Below are positions 11,990 to 25,266 of a stretch of 64,000 nucleotides of DNA, piece after piece. The position numbers were made by a program, and so were the translations under genes. Under the pieces are notes generated by a model. That model was not told where the DNA came from, made no database searches, and saw nothing but the letters and a program-made list of their open reading frames with translations. The first letter of the stretch is position 1, and the number at the start of each line of letters is the position of its first letter. The stretch is from positions 5,704,001 through 5,768,000 of the forward strand of contig NW_026889772.1 of the NCBI RefSeq assembly GCF_033153115.1, read 5' to 3'. The DNA comes from Saccostrea echinata. Taxonomy: Eukaryota.

Positions 11990-12765
11990 TAGAATTTGTT
12001 CAAATCTTTTACGCGAAAAGAAGAAAACACTTGCTGTGGCCTTCACCTCCACATTTAGATATATCGACGACGCATTGTCAATTAACAATGGTTATCTCCA
12101 TTCTTATGTCGACACGGTATATCCCGGTGAGCTTGAGATAAAAAAATACCACGGAGTCTGACACATCTGTTTCATATTGGGATATTTTATTAGAAAAAGA
12201 CGTTAATGGTAATCTAACAACCAAGCTTTATGATAAACGTGAATAATCGACTTTCACTTTTCAATCGTCAACTTTCCTTACTTATGCAGCAATATACCCT
12301 TATCACCTGCATACGGGGTTTATATCTCTCAGTTGATTCGATACGCAAGAGCATGCTCTACGTGTGAACAATTTCTATTACGAGGTAAATTATTGACAAA
12401 CAAGTTGAGGAAGCAAGAATATCAGCAGTCTTGTTTAAAGTCATCATTTCGTAAGTTCTATGGTCGATACAATGACCTTGTCAGCAAATACAATCTTTCA
12501 TTAAGTCAAATTCTGACTGACTTATCTCAGACTAATTGCTAGGCAATTATTTACACACTGATTTGTTGACGGATTTTCCCGTCATTTCTCGATCATGACA
12601 AGGAGCACACGGCGGGTGTGACCGATCGGCAGGGAAGGGAATGGTCACTCCTCTATGGCACCTGATCCCACCTCTGAAGTCTTAGAGGTCCGTGTTTGCT
12701 CTGCCCCAACTTTGTAATGTTTGATGGACTTTTGAGCTCGAATACTGTTCGTTATCTCCACATAT
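11990..12765 (+). mobile_element. Naiad-type PLE, 5'-truncated (RT C-terminus + 3' motif)
   Basis: Degenerate coding for FRYIDD...LYDKR...[30 protein letters not shown]...FYGRYNDL. The ORF ends after the RT thumb with no C-terminal GIY-YIG. The conserved 3' motif is at 12600-12712. Confidence 0.8.
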
Positions 12766-12779
12766 TTCATTTAATTCAT

Positions 12780-14085
12780 CAAATAAGCTTGCTGTTTGGG
12801 GGAATTTTTAATAACTATGTCTTTCATCTTTTTCTCAAACACCTTCCCTGTGTAATCAATAAAGCCCTGTCTTAGCAACAGAACCCCTGATTCAGTGATC
12901 ATCAATTCCACAAATCTGGTACAAACATATTGATTTATCATGACTATTAACTTTGTTTGCCTAATAAAAAAAACCAAGGGATAGAAAGAGAACTTTTAAT
13001 AATAAAATATATGATCAGTAGAGCACTGCCTTAACACCAGACACCCAGACCCAGAGAACATGAATTTCACAACTGATAGAGAGGCAAAATGTTCATCATA
13101 ACCAAACTCATAATTTTCCTTTCTCACCAGGAGCAGGAAAGAAGAATTTCAAAGAATTTATACATTTCCACTATGTGTTTTATAGTGCCCTGCCCAAATA
13201 CTTCTGACCCAGAGGCCACGAATTTAACAATTTTGTGTAGAGGACTCATTGCTTTTAATAATCTTGCCAATTCTCCAAGAATACAGAAGATTTTTGAAAA
13301 GTATTCATAAAACTCGGCTAAAAGAAAGTTAGCTTCTTTATTATCGAGATCTTTTATATTTGTATAAACCGTCACGTTCAGTCGGTAGAGCGATCGCTCC
13401 GTGATCGGAAGGTCGTGACTCGCAAGTTCGAATCTCTTCTGCGACTGACCCAAGTCGAAAAAAATAGGTAGCAACTGTTCCTTTGCCAAAAGCTCGGCAC
13501 TTTGAAGTGAAAGTTGTGGGTCCTTCAGATGAGTCCTTAAAAACCGAAGCCCCGTGTCACGACAGGCGTTGGCACGATACAGATCCCTCACTGCTCACTG
13601 ACCCTGACTGCCGAGTAAAGGTCTAAATTTGAAGCCCTTCACCGGTATATGACGACGTCTCTATATAATTGAAAAAGTCTCGAATGGGACATATAAGTAC
13701 ATACAATCAATCAATCAATATATTTGTATAAGAAACATAATGAAAAGTCTTCTAAAATACCTACAAATGATACAAATCCATGAAAGTGCAATTTGCAGAG
13801 GGGGATGCATAACCAAAATTTCCTAATAAGCGAATTCTTTATAACAGAGTTTTACTGTATTAAATTTGAGAGTTTTCGCCCTTAGAATCTTGGTTGCAGA
13901 GATCATGAAATTCATAGCTTATATTCTTTTTTGTTCATGCTATATAGCACAATTAGTTGGAATTATTCAGATGTTCAAGAGAAGAACCTGAGAATGTTCA
14001 AGTATTAACGAACGACTGACGACGCACAAAGACGGACAAAAACAGATAGCAATTAGTCACTTGTGCTGGTAAGGTGACGTAACTG
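12780..14085 (-). mobile_element. Helentron-associated (HINE-like) element with Cg170-like repeats, interrupted by a SINE
   Basis: Reverse-orientation satellite units (CAGAACCCCTGA...CATGAATTTCACAA). It ends in GACGGACA...ATAGCAATTAGTCAC...GGTGACGTAA, resembling the HINE terminal microsatellite plus hairpin. Confidence 0.55.
13368..13718 (+). mobile_element. Full-length Meta+Deu tRNA-SINE
   Basis: Homologous to 11173-11506. It has a perfect 13-bp TSD TATATTTGTATAA (13355-13367 and 13719-13731) and a (CAAT)n tail. Confidence 0.85.
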
Positions 14086-14555
14086 CGGTTTAATATGAAC
14101 AAACACAAATTGTAGTCCCGATCTTTCATAAAAATAAGTCTTCTTCTTTCATTCTTGTTAGGAACCCTAAGTTAAAAAGGAAAATAAATATTTGACTGGG
14201 ATTTGAACAAGTTACCTCAAATTTCATTCGATGTTTTGAGAACAGGAAGATGAATTAAGTTGATGTAATTTATCTAGTACATTTGAAATATGACTCTGGT
14301 CAGGAACGCTATATAAGTAATACATGGCATTTCCTTTTCCATTCCATTTGTGGATTGATTTTAAACACTTAATTTTTTTTACTATTTATGCCAGAAATAT
14401 TGATTGCCCGCCTTTAGCAATCACTTTTAAACTCGCTTCTTTAAGCATGCATATGGACATACCCGATGATTTCTTGTTTCTAATTTATTCGTAACAATAC
14501 GGTTTCTTCATGACAAGCATTTGTAATGAAGACAAAGACAAATAGAAACAAAAGT

Positions 14556-14953
14556 ATGCTTGTGTTTACAAGTTTTACCATTGTAATAATAAAACAAGCT
14601 GTATCTTTGAAAGAGTGTTTGGATAAATGGGCAAAGGTATGTACTAAACTCAGTCACGCAAAATTTAATATAAAGATTTTTGATCATACAAAAAAAAGAC
14701 CATATCAGTTATGTCACATTGAAAGTTCCTGGCGTAGTTTATTGACTTAATAGGGTATTTAACATTTAAAAAAACTTTGATGTATACTAAGACTATTTGT
14801 ATCCTAATGTCACCAATACAAATACTATTTTAATGAATTTTTCTTTATAATGCCTTTTTAAAGATAATAGATTTGATATGGTCATGGCCATTGATTTGCG
14901 TGAAGATTTTTTTTGTCATATTTGGTCTATAGGATACAGCAAGAAAATTATAA
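14556..14953 (+). CDS. Possible very small secreted peptide (2 exons, 33 aa), speculative
   Basis: 14556-14636 encodes MLVFTSFTIVIIKQAVSLKECLDKWAK and ends at a GTATGT donor. 14933-14953 follows a pyrimidine-rich TAG acceptor and gives DTARKL-TAA. TATATAAG is near 14310. Confidence 0.2.
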
Positions 14954-17949
14954 AGTTTTAAATTATAAGAAAAGAGATCTGAAGATTCCTTGCAATGTAA
15001 GAATTTATCTCCTTAGAATACATTTAATTTGTTGATGTAAGGTATGGAACATTACTTCATGCAATGTAACGTTCGAGTAGAGTAATCTTTATTTTGTAAC
15101 AAAGCATATTAATAGTATTTTTTTTTCGAACATTAAATCGATTCTCTAAATCTTGTCTTGTCCTCTTTCTATGCTGATTCTTTCAAACCACAATGTCGAC
15201 AAACCCTTAAATTCACTTCATTAAATTTTGTATATAATGTAAATTTAAAAGATTGTCTTTTTCTTGTAAAATACTCAAATATGAAACAGATACACAATGT
15301 ATATCATACTCTATGGTGTCTTTTGTTTCCAGTTCATTGGGATATTTCGAATAAAAGTCTTCTGTTTATTGATAAAAATATCAATCCATGAAACCGTTTA
15401 ATATAAACAAATTATCATATCTCTGTTCAAATGATATATGTGTCATACATAATAGATTATTGAATTACACTTTTTTGTTGTTTTTATTATATTTATGCCA
15501 TGGGAAATTGAAATCACTTTGCTGTAAATGTCAATATATTATAAGCGGAATTGCTATAAGCGTGTTTTATTGTATACTGAAATCCATAGAAAAGTAGATG
15601 TTACATTATTAGTTAAATAAATCAGCAGATAAAAAAAATTCCGAGTTGAATATAAAAAGGATACCATGGAAGCTAATTACTAAATGGATTACAACAAGTA
15701 ATTAAATTACCATGTATATGAAATAAGTAAGTAGTTTATGCTTTGAAAAATAATTCTGAAGAATTGTCACTTATAAATTCATATAAGTCCCCCTCTGCGT
15801 TCATGTTTCTTACCTGTCAGTCAAGATCACGGACTCCTGATTAACATGACAATACATATATAATTTCGCGTTATAACATGTAACTTTTGCATTATATTCG
15901 CTTCTCCGAAAAATATTGATGGTCATTCAATTTTTACTATTGACCGGCAAATAGTTTCACCCCCATATTATCGATTTTGATTCTGATAAGCAGATTGATT
16001 CATTGTGACTACATCGTCGCCACTTCCAAAAAACACAACGTCACAATAAAGAAAAAAAAACAAGTAACCCCATCATGGCAACTTCGCTAGCACTGTGTAC
16101 AATCAAGGTGAAGAATTGCTGAATGAAATCAAAATACTAATTTATTGGTTTGTTTTTTTTTTATAAGAAAACAATTATTGACTGTGTTTTCGGGCAACAA
16201 TGATTATGTAAGTCCCAAAGGGGTGAAATATTGCCAAACGGAGGAAATTCATCAGTGTGATCAAAGTTCGCATGACGTGCAGGCACAACTATGAATAAAT
16301 TCAGGTCTAAGTAGCATCATATCATTATCTATGAATGAATTAGCAAAGACCCCCTGTAATTGGATGATTTCTGCATTTAATTACATGTATTTAAACATAA
16401 TGACTAGGGATAAGATCTCTTCAATGAGAGAAATGATGAGTAGTAAACTATATCTGATTGGATTTTTTTTACTTATAAGAATATGTAACACAAGCATGTA
16501 CGGTCATGTACAGGTATCGGGGCCAATAGGATATGCAGGTAAACGTTAGAAGATGATTTAATGGATCTCCCTCACCTTTGCAGAGTAAGACATCTTGTAT
16601 TCTTCTTATTTTTATGTTTTTCTGGATTTATATTTCTTAATATATTATTAGAGAATTATTATTTTCAAATCAACTCTCTCGAAAGACAGTTTGAAATGCA
16701 AGATGATATTGTTAACGTTTTAAAGGTTTTCATAATTTTAAAAAAAAAAATATAAAGTATATAATGTATCTTTATCTAACCGATAAAGCCAATTTCTTAG
16801 TTTTAAAATTACACTTTCAAACTTCGATGAGTCTGGGCTTCATCTCTTTTTTCGATAATTGGTGAATATTAAATTAGTAGTTTAAAGAAAAGACTATTAA
16901 ACAATTTCCTTCCTCGGTATACTTAAACTGAATAATTTTTGGCTCTAATATATTATTATAAGAATAGATATTTATTATTTTTTCTCGTGTAACTGTTTCT
17001 TTTATCTCAAAAGGCGACGGGTTGTCCCATAATTGTTTTGTCGATAGTAGTTTTTAGTTCCATGCGAATTCCATGTGAATTTCTTTTAACATGCAATGGC
17101 ATTTCTCGCTGTTTTCACAGTAAAATTTATAATTTTTGATGTTTGACAATTTTTTTAATGGAATTTTAAAGACAAAAAATAGTGCAATTCTTTGATGAAT
17201 TTAACAATGTCTTGACTTAAAAAAGATATTTAGCAAAAACGGAAAGTCTCATTTATAGGGTAAGTTTTAGATATCTAAGAAAAAATATGTAAACATCAAT
17301 AGATGAATGATTATTGAATTAATGATGGATGGTTTATCCAGATTTTTTATTGATGGTTTATTACAGGTAATGTGCGAAATTTGAAAAAAAAAATCAAGTT
17401 AAAAACACTAATTTCTTATTTCACCTGACTAACAAAACCATGAATCTCAAAACTGGACCTTTCCAAAATAATTTTAAGGAAAAACAATACAAACAAGATT
17501 GAGAAGGTGAATTGCAATTTTCGGAATACAGATTTCACTTATGTGCCATTTTAAATTACTATTAGAATAAAATTTTGAGTAATTTCTATGCATATGTTTC
17601 TTAGGATAAATTTAAACTTTTTATACTTAAAACAATAGAGGGCTTAACAGTTGTATTATAAGGAGTGTAAAGGTAGCTTACTTAGAAGAATTGTCACAGA
17701 TTTGTATAATTGATATATTTTCTGGACGAATTGTAACCGATAAGCATAATCAATTGTCCCTGCTGCTCTGTGGGAAATGATATGTGATTTTTCCGGAGGA
17801 CTCTCTTCATACAGTGCCATTTCTCTCGATAGATTAACGGTACATAATTATAGTCCTAGTAGCCTAGTTTAAAACATCAACACAAAAATGGAGTTCATGA
17901 AAGAGCAATATGAATCGAGAATATGAGTTGTATAGTACTGTTTTTTGTT

Positions 17950-19492
17950 AGACCTGGGGTCAATAACTTTGAAATGTAATAAATGAAATTATAATTACTT
18001 CGGAATTTTCACCATTAAACTTAACATTACCATAACTTTCATTCATGAAAGTTAATTAAATTACATTTATTTTGTGAAAGTAATAAAGTACATTACACAT
18101 TACATTTTATACGAGAACAACACAATTTTATGACCACACAATTTATTTAAAACTAACAGTAAGTCAGACTTCAAATGATATTTGGTATTTCTGATTCATT
18201 TTTCTGGCCGATGTAAGTTTCTCTCTGGGTTTCTTTTTCTTAAAAAATTATAACACTTCAATACCTTTATTGTAAAACGAGTAGTAGTTAGTGTATTTAT
18301 TATAGTAATGTGTTTTATAAAGTGAACAATTTTTTTAAAATAAATTTATTCGTATCAATACAATGTTAACACCCGGCCCATTTGACCTATATGTCACCTA
18401 GAGAAAATAACTATAATGTACATCACGTGATTTCAAATGATACTATCGATATGTACAATGGACAGTGTTTTCATCATAACAAGTGATTTGACATGTTTAA
18501 ATAAATTTCATTGGATACAAATGTAGACATTGAATAATGTTTATTCAGAACTCGTAGTTTTTTATTACTGTCTGATCAATTAATGTTTAAGTGAATTATC
18601 CTAATGCATCTTGAAAGCGAGCGGATCTTGTTGGGATGCGTGGTCTACATGTACATCTTGAGTAACATGAGGTACATGTAGTTTTGGTTTGATACAACGA
18701 TTTTCGTCAACACGGAGCAAATTTCCTTGTATTGATATTTAAATAAATTAGCTGTAATCAGCTGACAAAAATCAATTAAGAAATGTTTAATATATCTTTA
18801 ATTTTAAGATATAAAGTTGAATATAACCGGTATTTAAAAGTTGAAGTTAGGGGTGACGCTTAAGATACCAGAAATGAATGATGGACAATATTTCCATAAT
18901 AATTCCCTTTGTGTCTTTACAGTAAATCATACTGATCAGGTATTTTGTTTAACAAGTCCATTAAACCAGAATGAACTTTGTGAAAAGAAAAATCATGTTG
19001 AAAATATAGTTTATTTGTCACTAAAAGTCCAATCTGGTAATCACAGGGTATACTATTGTCAATTGTTTTGGGGCTGTTTTTGGAATTTTAAGATTTCCTT
19101 TATATTTTTCTGGCCCCCCTTTTTTTTTTTTTTTTTTACTGATTTTATAACTGTCTTGTCAAGAAGTTTTGTATAAAACAATCTTTATGATTATAAATTG
19201 AATAAACAGCAGGAAAGATAAGATTTTAATTTCAAAAATGCAATGTTATTAATAAAAAATGGCCTATTAGAGACATTGCTTTGTTTCAGATTTAATAATA
19301 AAAAAAAAAGAGATAAAACAAAAAATGTAACTGAAAAGTAATGGTCATAACTGACATTAATTAAAGTAATGCATTGCATTTAAATAACTCATACAATATT
19401 TTATCGAAAGATGGATCCATTTCAATTATATCCCATTACTTTGAAAAAATAAACGTAATGATTACAATGCATTACCAATTACCCCCAGATCT
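17950..19492. mobile_element. Old hAT-like non-autonomous element with GTAAT/ATTAC subterminal repeats
   Basis: Imperfect termini AGACCTGGGGT and ACCCCCAGATCT, with clustered ATTAC/GTAAT motifs at both ends. No TSD was recognised. Confidence 0.45.
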
Positions 19493-19605
19493 GAGCAGAT
19501 AAATTTAACTAAAAGCAATATTTTGATGCAGATCGCTAAGTGAATCATGAAGAAATATCCACAGTGATTATGTTAGAAACCTTTGTTAATTTTAGGTTGC
19601 CATTA

Positions 19606-20896
19606 ATGGAGAATACAGGTCTGGTACTTCTACTATCAATGTTACTTCTGTCTCATCATTTTGGTAAAGTTCAAACAATGTTTGACTGCAAGATGCTACA
19701 AGCTGCGATTCTTGTCCTGTCAACCGTGGTTTTCACTGCAGGTATCTAGAAACATATTTTAATATTCATGTATATAAAAACATTATTTAGAATTTTTTAA
19801 GTATTTACTTTTGAACTAATATACTGATTGAATTGCTTTCAGACTATGTTGGAGGTAAAAGTATTTCTTTGGAAAAGCTGACATTGTTTATAGCAGCTTT
19901 TCTTTTGGTACAATGTCCAGAAATCAATCTTCTAAAACATTTCTTCAGTTCACCTGAGCTGAGAGGTGAGTTTTGTTTTGTTTTGTTTTGTTTTTAATTA
20001 TCTTTTGTCTGCCTGTGAAGTTAACACTTCTACCGCTCAATAACGTCAACAAAGACTTCTCACATAGGGTGCTTCAGAGTGTAAATGAGTCCCAAATTTG
20101 TGACCAACTTAGAAATTGCTTTTTTTTTGTTTAAGAGTCAGATTTATTGGAAATTATGAAAATAGAAACGGTCATTAAAACGTTTTTTAAAGAATAATTA
20201 CGACAGAAACTACAAAACAAATGCAAAAATACTTCTTTTTAATTTAAAATGTAAGTTTCTTGTTGGATGGCAAATTAGATAATTGTATTTTACCTCTACC
20301 GGAAGAGCTTATTGATAATAAGGTGTCCGTCGTCCATTCATCTGTCTGTTTGTCTCTAAACAATTGTTCAAAATACTTCCCCCGCCCTTCAGTTTTGATT
20401 GGATTTCAATGAAACTTTCTAAACAAGTAGACTACCCTAAGATACATAATTCTGTATATCATTTTGTTACCATGCTTACTAAAAATAAAATATTTGTGCA
20501 AATCTTTTAAAATGTTATGTTTGTAACAGTGATGAGGAACAAATAATTTACACTTTTTAAAACAAGGCTTCTTTTTTCGTGAATGCACTTTTTTGCATTC
20601 CGTGAGTGGAAGATTAATTATGATTAGATTAGGTTTAAGTTTGAATTTAGATTTTAAAAATAAATCAATGTGCTTCAAATACACAGCGTGGCTTGAGAGC
20701 TTCAATTTTTCATACTTATTTTTATTTTACATTAAACTTCGCTAATATAATAGATGTTATTAATGATATTTTTAACATTATAGGAAATGGTATCCCAGAA
20801 ACGATTATTAAGACCACCGCCACCACAAAACCACCAGATACTACCACAGTTCCTACCACAGTTCCCACCACAACGGCAGGGGTTATATCAAAATAA
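19606..20896 (+). CDS. Orphan small secreted Thr/Pro-rich (mucin-like) peptide gene B
   Basis: Two candidate signal exons: 19606-19663 (MENTGLVLLLSMLLLSHHF|GTAAAG) and 19678-19741 (MFDCKMLQAAILVLSTVVFTA|GTATCT). A probable 12-nt microexon lies at 19843-19854. The last exon, 20784-20896, encodes GNGIPETIIKTTATTKPPDTTTVPTTVPTTTAGVISK-TAA. All junctions are phase 1, and three AATAAA follow at 20923-20950. Confidence 0.65.
19945..20560 (+). mobile_element. HINE/pearl-like repeat fragments in the intron of gene B
   Basis: AGTTCACCTGAGCTGA start motif, a GTCCGTC/TCTG microsatellite and the GGATTTCAATGAAACTT block typical of bivalve Helentron-associated elements. Confidence 0.4.
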
Positions 20897-21374
20897 GGAA
20901 AAAATCTGTAAGAGGAAACTTCAATAAAATATCAATAAAATATCAATAAACTTTCTTGTATAATGTTCTAATGAAACAAAAACGAAACGAAAACGAAAAA
21001 TACTTTTAGATCAAGTAAATATTGACTTATTTAACTTGATATTTTACTTTCGAAAAGTGTTTAAAAAAAGCATTAAGAACCAATTGTTTTATACCGAAGT
21101 GCAATGCTTAAAAAGATCAATTAAAATTAACATTTTCTTGCAAGTGTAGAGACCCAGGTTCCAGAGGCATAAAACTACAAACTACTGAGATGAGTTCTCT
21201 TATTGGTCGTAGTCTCAGTTTCACAAAGGAATTCATTACTGAAAAATGAAACTGAGATCAAAAGTAAGCTAGTCTACTATAGTAACTTTGATGGCTCCGA
21301 ATACTAAGTACTATAAACAATATTTTAAAAAAACGTACATGTCAAGGACCGTATAGTTAGATTATGACGACTTT

Positions 21375-22705
21375 TATACTCAGGACCTATAAAATCTGCA
21401 TTAATTAATCTGCATCAAATCAATCATTCTGACCTATTTATCCAGGATCTATATACTATATTTCAAACTCCATCATCCCTTATTTTCTAATCCAGAATCT
21501 ATCTACTAGCATCATATGAAGCATCTTCCAAATTTCCCTACTTAGTACTATCTATTATTTATCAAACTCCATCAAACTTACTTCCCTACCCAGGACCTAT
21601 CTACAATATATCAAACTCCGTCATTCTAGTTCTCCTATGCAGGACCTATCCACTATATATCAAACTCCATCACCCTAGCTTCCCTATCCAGGACCTATCT
21701 ACAATATGTCAAACTCCATCATCCTATCCAGGACCTATCCACTATATATCAAACTCCGTCATCCTAGCTTCCCTATCCAGGACCTATCCACTATATATAA
21801 AACTCCGTCATCCTAGCTTCCCTATCCAGGACCTATCAACAATATATCAAAATCCATCATCCTAGCTTCCCATCAAGGACCTATCCACTCTATGTCAAAC
21901 TCCATCATCCTAGCTTCCCTATCCATATCTAGGACCTATCTACAATTTATCAAACGCCATCATCCTAGCTCCTTATCCAGGTCCTATCCACTATATATCA
22001 ACCTCCATTATCCTAGCTCCCTATCAAGGACCTATCTACTATATATCAAATTCGATCATTTTACTTCTATATCCAGAACATATCTTCTACTTTCCAAACT
22101 CCATAGTCCTGTCTTTCATACCCAAAACCTATTTACTATTTATCGAACTCCATCAAATTAGTTTCCCTATCCTGGACCTATCTACTATATATCCAACTCC
22201 GTAATCATGACTTTCCTACCAACAACCTAGTTTCTATATATCAAACCCCATCATCCTAGTTCACTTTCCAGGACCTTTCTACTATATAAAACTCTAACCT
22301 CCTGACTTTCTTTCCAGGACATATCAATTATATATCAAACTCCATAATCCCGACTTCCCCACAACCTAATTTCTATATATCAAACTCCGTCATCCTGTCT
22401 TTTCCATCCAGAACTTATCCACATATATATAAAAACTTCATCACACTTACTTCCCTATCCAGGACTGGACCTAAATTTCCTTTATATATGGAACTAGACC
22501 ATGACTTTTATATCCAGGACATATAGGACATCTGGTATCTATATACCGGGTATCAAACACCATAATCCAGACTTTCATATCCAGGACCCATCTACTTTTT
22601 ATCAAACCCCATCATCCTGATTTCTATATCCAGAACCTATCTATTACATATTAAACTCCATAACCTTAGTTTCTGTTTCCAGGATCTGTCTACAATATAT
22701 CAATT
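21375..22705 (+). repeat. 49-bp minisatellite (~25 degenerate units)
   Basis: Unit CCAGGACCTATCCACTATATATCAAACTCCATCATCCTAGCTTCCCTAT. CAGGACC recurs at 21591, 21640 and 21689. Confidence 0.9.
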
Positions 22706-23339
22706 AATCTGACATTCATTGATTTTTTTTCTAAAATTTTTTCTCATGCAGGCAAATAAACAAGCAAAGCTTACAATAATGAAACCAAGACAACTTGGTT
22801 AATTATACATAAAACATGTTGTTTTGAAAAATTACAATGTGATGAGAACAATTATTTTTTAATATAACTTAAGCTCCTCATGCACTTTTATGGTGTATGT
22901 TTGACTGTACGTATCGTGATCAACAAGCATAAATGCCCGATATTCGACCCCAGTAAGGGAACCAGACACAAATCAGACAAGTTCATGTAAGATGAATGAA
23001 TAGTTCTCGTTATAACGTAATGGCAACACTGAGAGGTGTGAAATCTGATGGAAGTGTTCATAATCTAGGTTTTTGGATGTTTAACCATATTTGACTTCCA
23101 TGGGCTTTCACACTCAGAATATTATGGAAATTCATTTTCTTGGAGAATTCTTGCATATTGTACACATTCACGAGAAAAAAAATGAGAATTTTATTGTAAA
23201 GGTGATTCAAACATAATACAATATTACTTTTGTGCAAAATGTATATTCATATCTATGTTATGAAGAGATTCTTTGAAATGCTTTGGTATTGATTACGAGT
23301 GACAGTGAAAATGTAATGGAAAAATCTATCTACACAACA

Positions 23340-24610
23340 TAAAGGTAAAAAATAACGAACAGTGATCTGAAAAAAATATATTAATAAATCCGAGAACAGG
23401 TCATAAAACACGGACCCCTAGAAATTCCAAGGGTGGGATCAGGTGCATGGGAGGAGAAAGCATCCCCTGTTGACCCATTACACCCACCATGAGCCTTATG
23501 TATTGATCTAGTAGTAGAACATTCCGTAGTGAAATTCAGTATAAAAATAAAGGCCTGACGACACATCAGCCAAAATACGACTAAATGATAGGTTATATAC
23601 GCAAACAATGTCTATATAACGACCAAACAATTTACGAAATACTTTCTTAAAACGAGGTTGTTTAAATTCCTGTAACATCATGTTACTAGTATCTGTCAGT
23701 ACCCTGCCTCGGTTTAAAAAGTGATCGTACTTAGAGCATGCTTTTTAGCAATGAATAATTTGGGAGATATAAACACCATACGCGGGTGATTGCGGGATAT
23801 TACTGCATAAGTAAGAAAAGTGGAAAGTGGAAAAACTGAAGTCATCTCGTTTGTCGTACAATTTAATTGTTAGTTGACCTGTATCGTTTATAGTCAGTAA
23901 ATCATGCAAATATGAAACAGATGTAGCAGACGCTATGGTATCTTTTATTTTAAGTTCATTGGATATATCGAGTCGAAATAAGAATGGAAGTATCTATTGT
24001 TAATTGATAATACGCCGTCTAAATGTCGAGTAGAGGGCAGTAGCAAGTGTTTTCTTCTTATGTTAAAGTTTTTGTATAATTCTACTTCATAGGAAAATAA
24101 CAACAGGTCGGCTAATAAAAGGGCACAATTAGTGTTCGTGGTAATTCCAAAAGTTTGAACGAAGACTTGGTCTCCAAAGACTGTGTTCATGTTGTCAATG
24201 AGTAACATCTGCTTTTAATATCAACTTCAGAGTACTTGTGTGTAGAATCAGAGTGAATTTTAACAAATTAATTTGGTTAGTGACCAATCATAGAGACGAA
24301 ACTTTCCGAGGTCCATTTTTTATTGAAGAAGGAGTTATCTATGATATCAGAAAGCATAGTTTTTAATTCATCTTGAGAAATTGTTGCATTAAATGGAGAA
24401 AAGTCGTTCGTTTTGATGATACTGACACATGAAAAATTTGGCAATTTTAAATTTTCTAACAAATTTTTGGATTTTGCGAATCCACATCTGATTTACACCA
24501 TATTCTAGAATATGCTGTAGAGAAGAACGTCAAAAAATTTCTCCTTAACAGCAGTTAATATTTTTGTGAGGAGTAACGAAAGGAGCTTAGTAGGTCCTTG
24601 CTGAACTGGT
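23340..24610 (-). mobile_element. Naiad-type PLE, degraded RT region
   Basis: Minus-strand remnants include SIIKTNDFS, FGDQVF, CALLLADLLLFSYE and the thumb. The 3' motif is at 23397-23497. Confidence 0.8.
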
Positions 24611-25235
24611 ACAAAATTTTTTTTGTTGTGCTTGAAAAATAATTCTCTATAGAAAGTTTCCACTTTCGTAAAATCATATTCTCAGAGTCGGTTTCTCTCA
24701 AAAGATATAAATATATTTAATTTTCGAAACTATTTTTGTTGTGTCACATAAACAAAAATAGAGAGAATGCAGAGCTAGCGCATGTGTAGTGGCTTTATAA
24801 ACAAATTGCACGATTGAAGTCAGAAAAACACGGGGTATTCTCTTACTTACTCTTGGCTTAAAAAGAAACCCAAACTGATCAAAAGACCTAGAGTAGGTAT
24901 TTATACAAGAAATCACATATTTAGTATCTGCGGAAATTGCCAGTACTAAACTCCAATTCAGAACATGATAAAAGGTATGTCAAACGATATTTTCACGTGT
25001 TTCTCACCTCAAAGTTTGTCTAACTTTGCTAAACTCGTGGTCTCAAACAATTTAATTTCCAAAACTTTTTTTGTTTTGTCAACGTGGTTTTTGTCTTTGA
25101 TTTCTATTAGTTATATTTTTGTTAGCCAAAGAAAAAGCAGTCGCATGATTTATTTCTTTACTAATGGTAAACTTTGGGTAATGACAAGTGGCAAGAACCT
25201 TTGAATCGCACACGTTGTAATTAACTTTGATCATT

Positions 25236-25266
<31 letters not shown>

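Noticed and set aside
12598-12712. Naiad 3' motif as an HDV-like ribozyme, hammerhead or SECIS
   Set aside because: The helix order differs from HDV (no P4 and J4/2 before the closing P2 strand). There is no CUGAUGA/GAAA core and no clear SECIS quartet plus AA loop. Stops in the copies look like random decay rather than conserved UGA.
13124-13591. 155-aa minus-strand ORF
   Set aside because: It is antisense read-through of a SINE plus satellite sequence.
16331-16755. Two short ORFs with splice-like signals
   Set aside because: No coherent exon chain or domain signature was found.
19843-19965. 123-nt open phase 1-1 exon ending at GTGAGT
   Set aside because: The donor falls within a HINE-like start motif (AGTTCACCTGAGCTGA), so the 12-nt microexon is preferred. 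It is not fully excluded.
21892-22161. 89-aa repetitive ORF
   Set aside because: It lies inside the 49-bp minisatellite.
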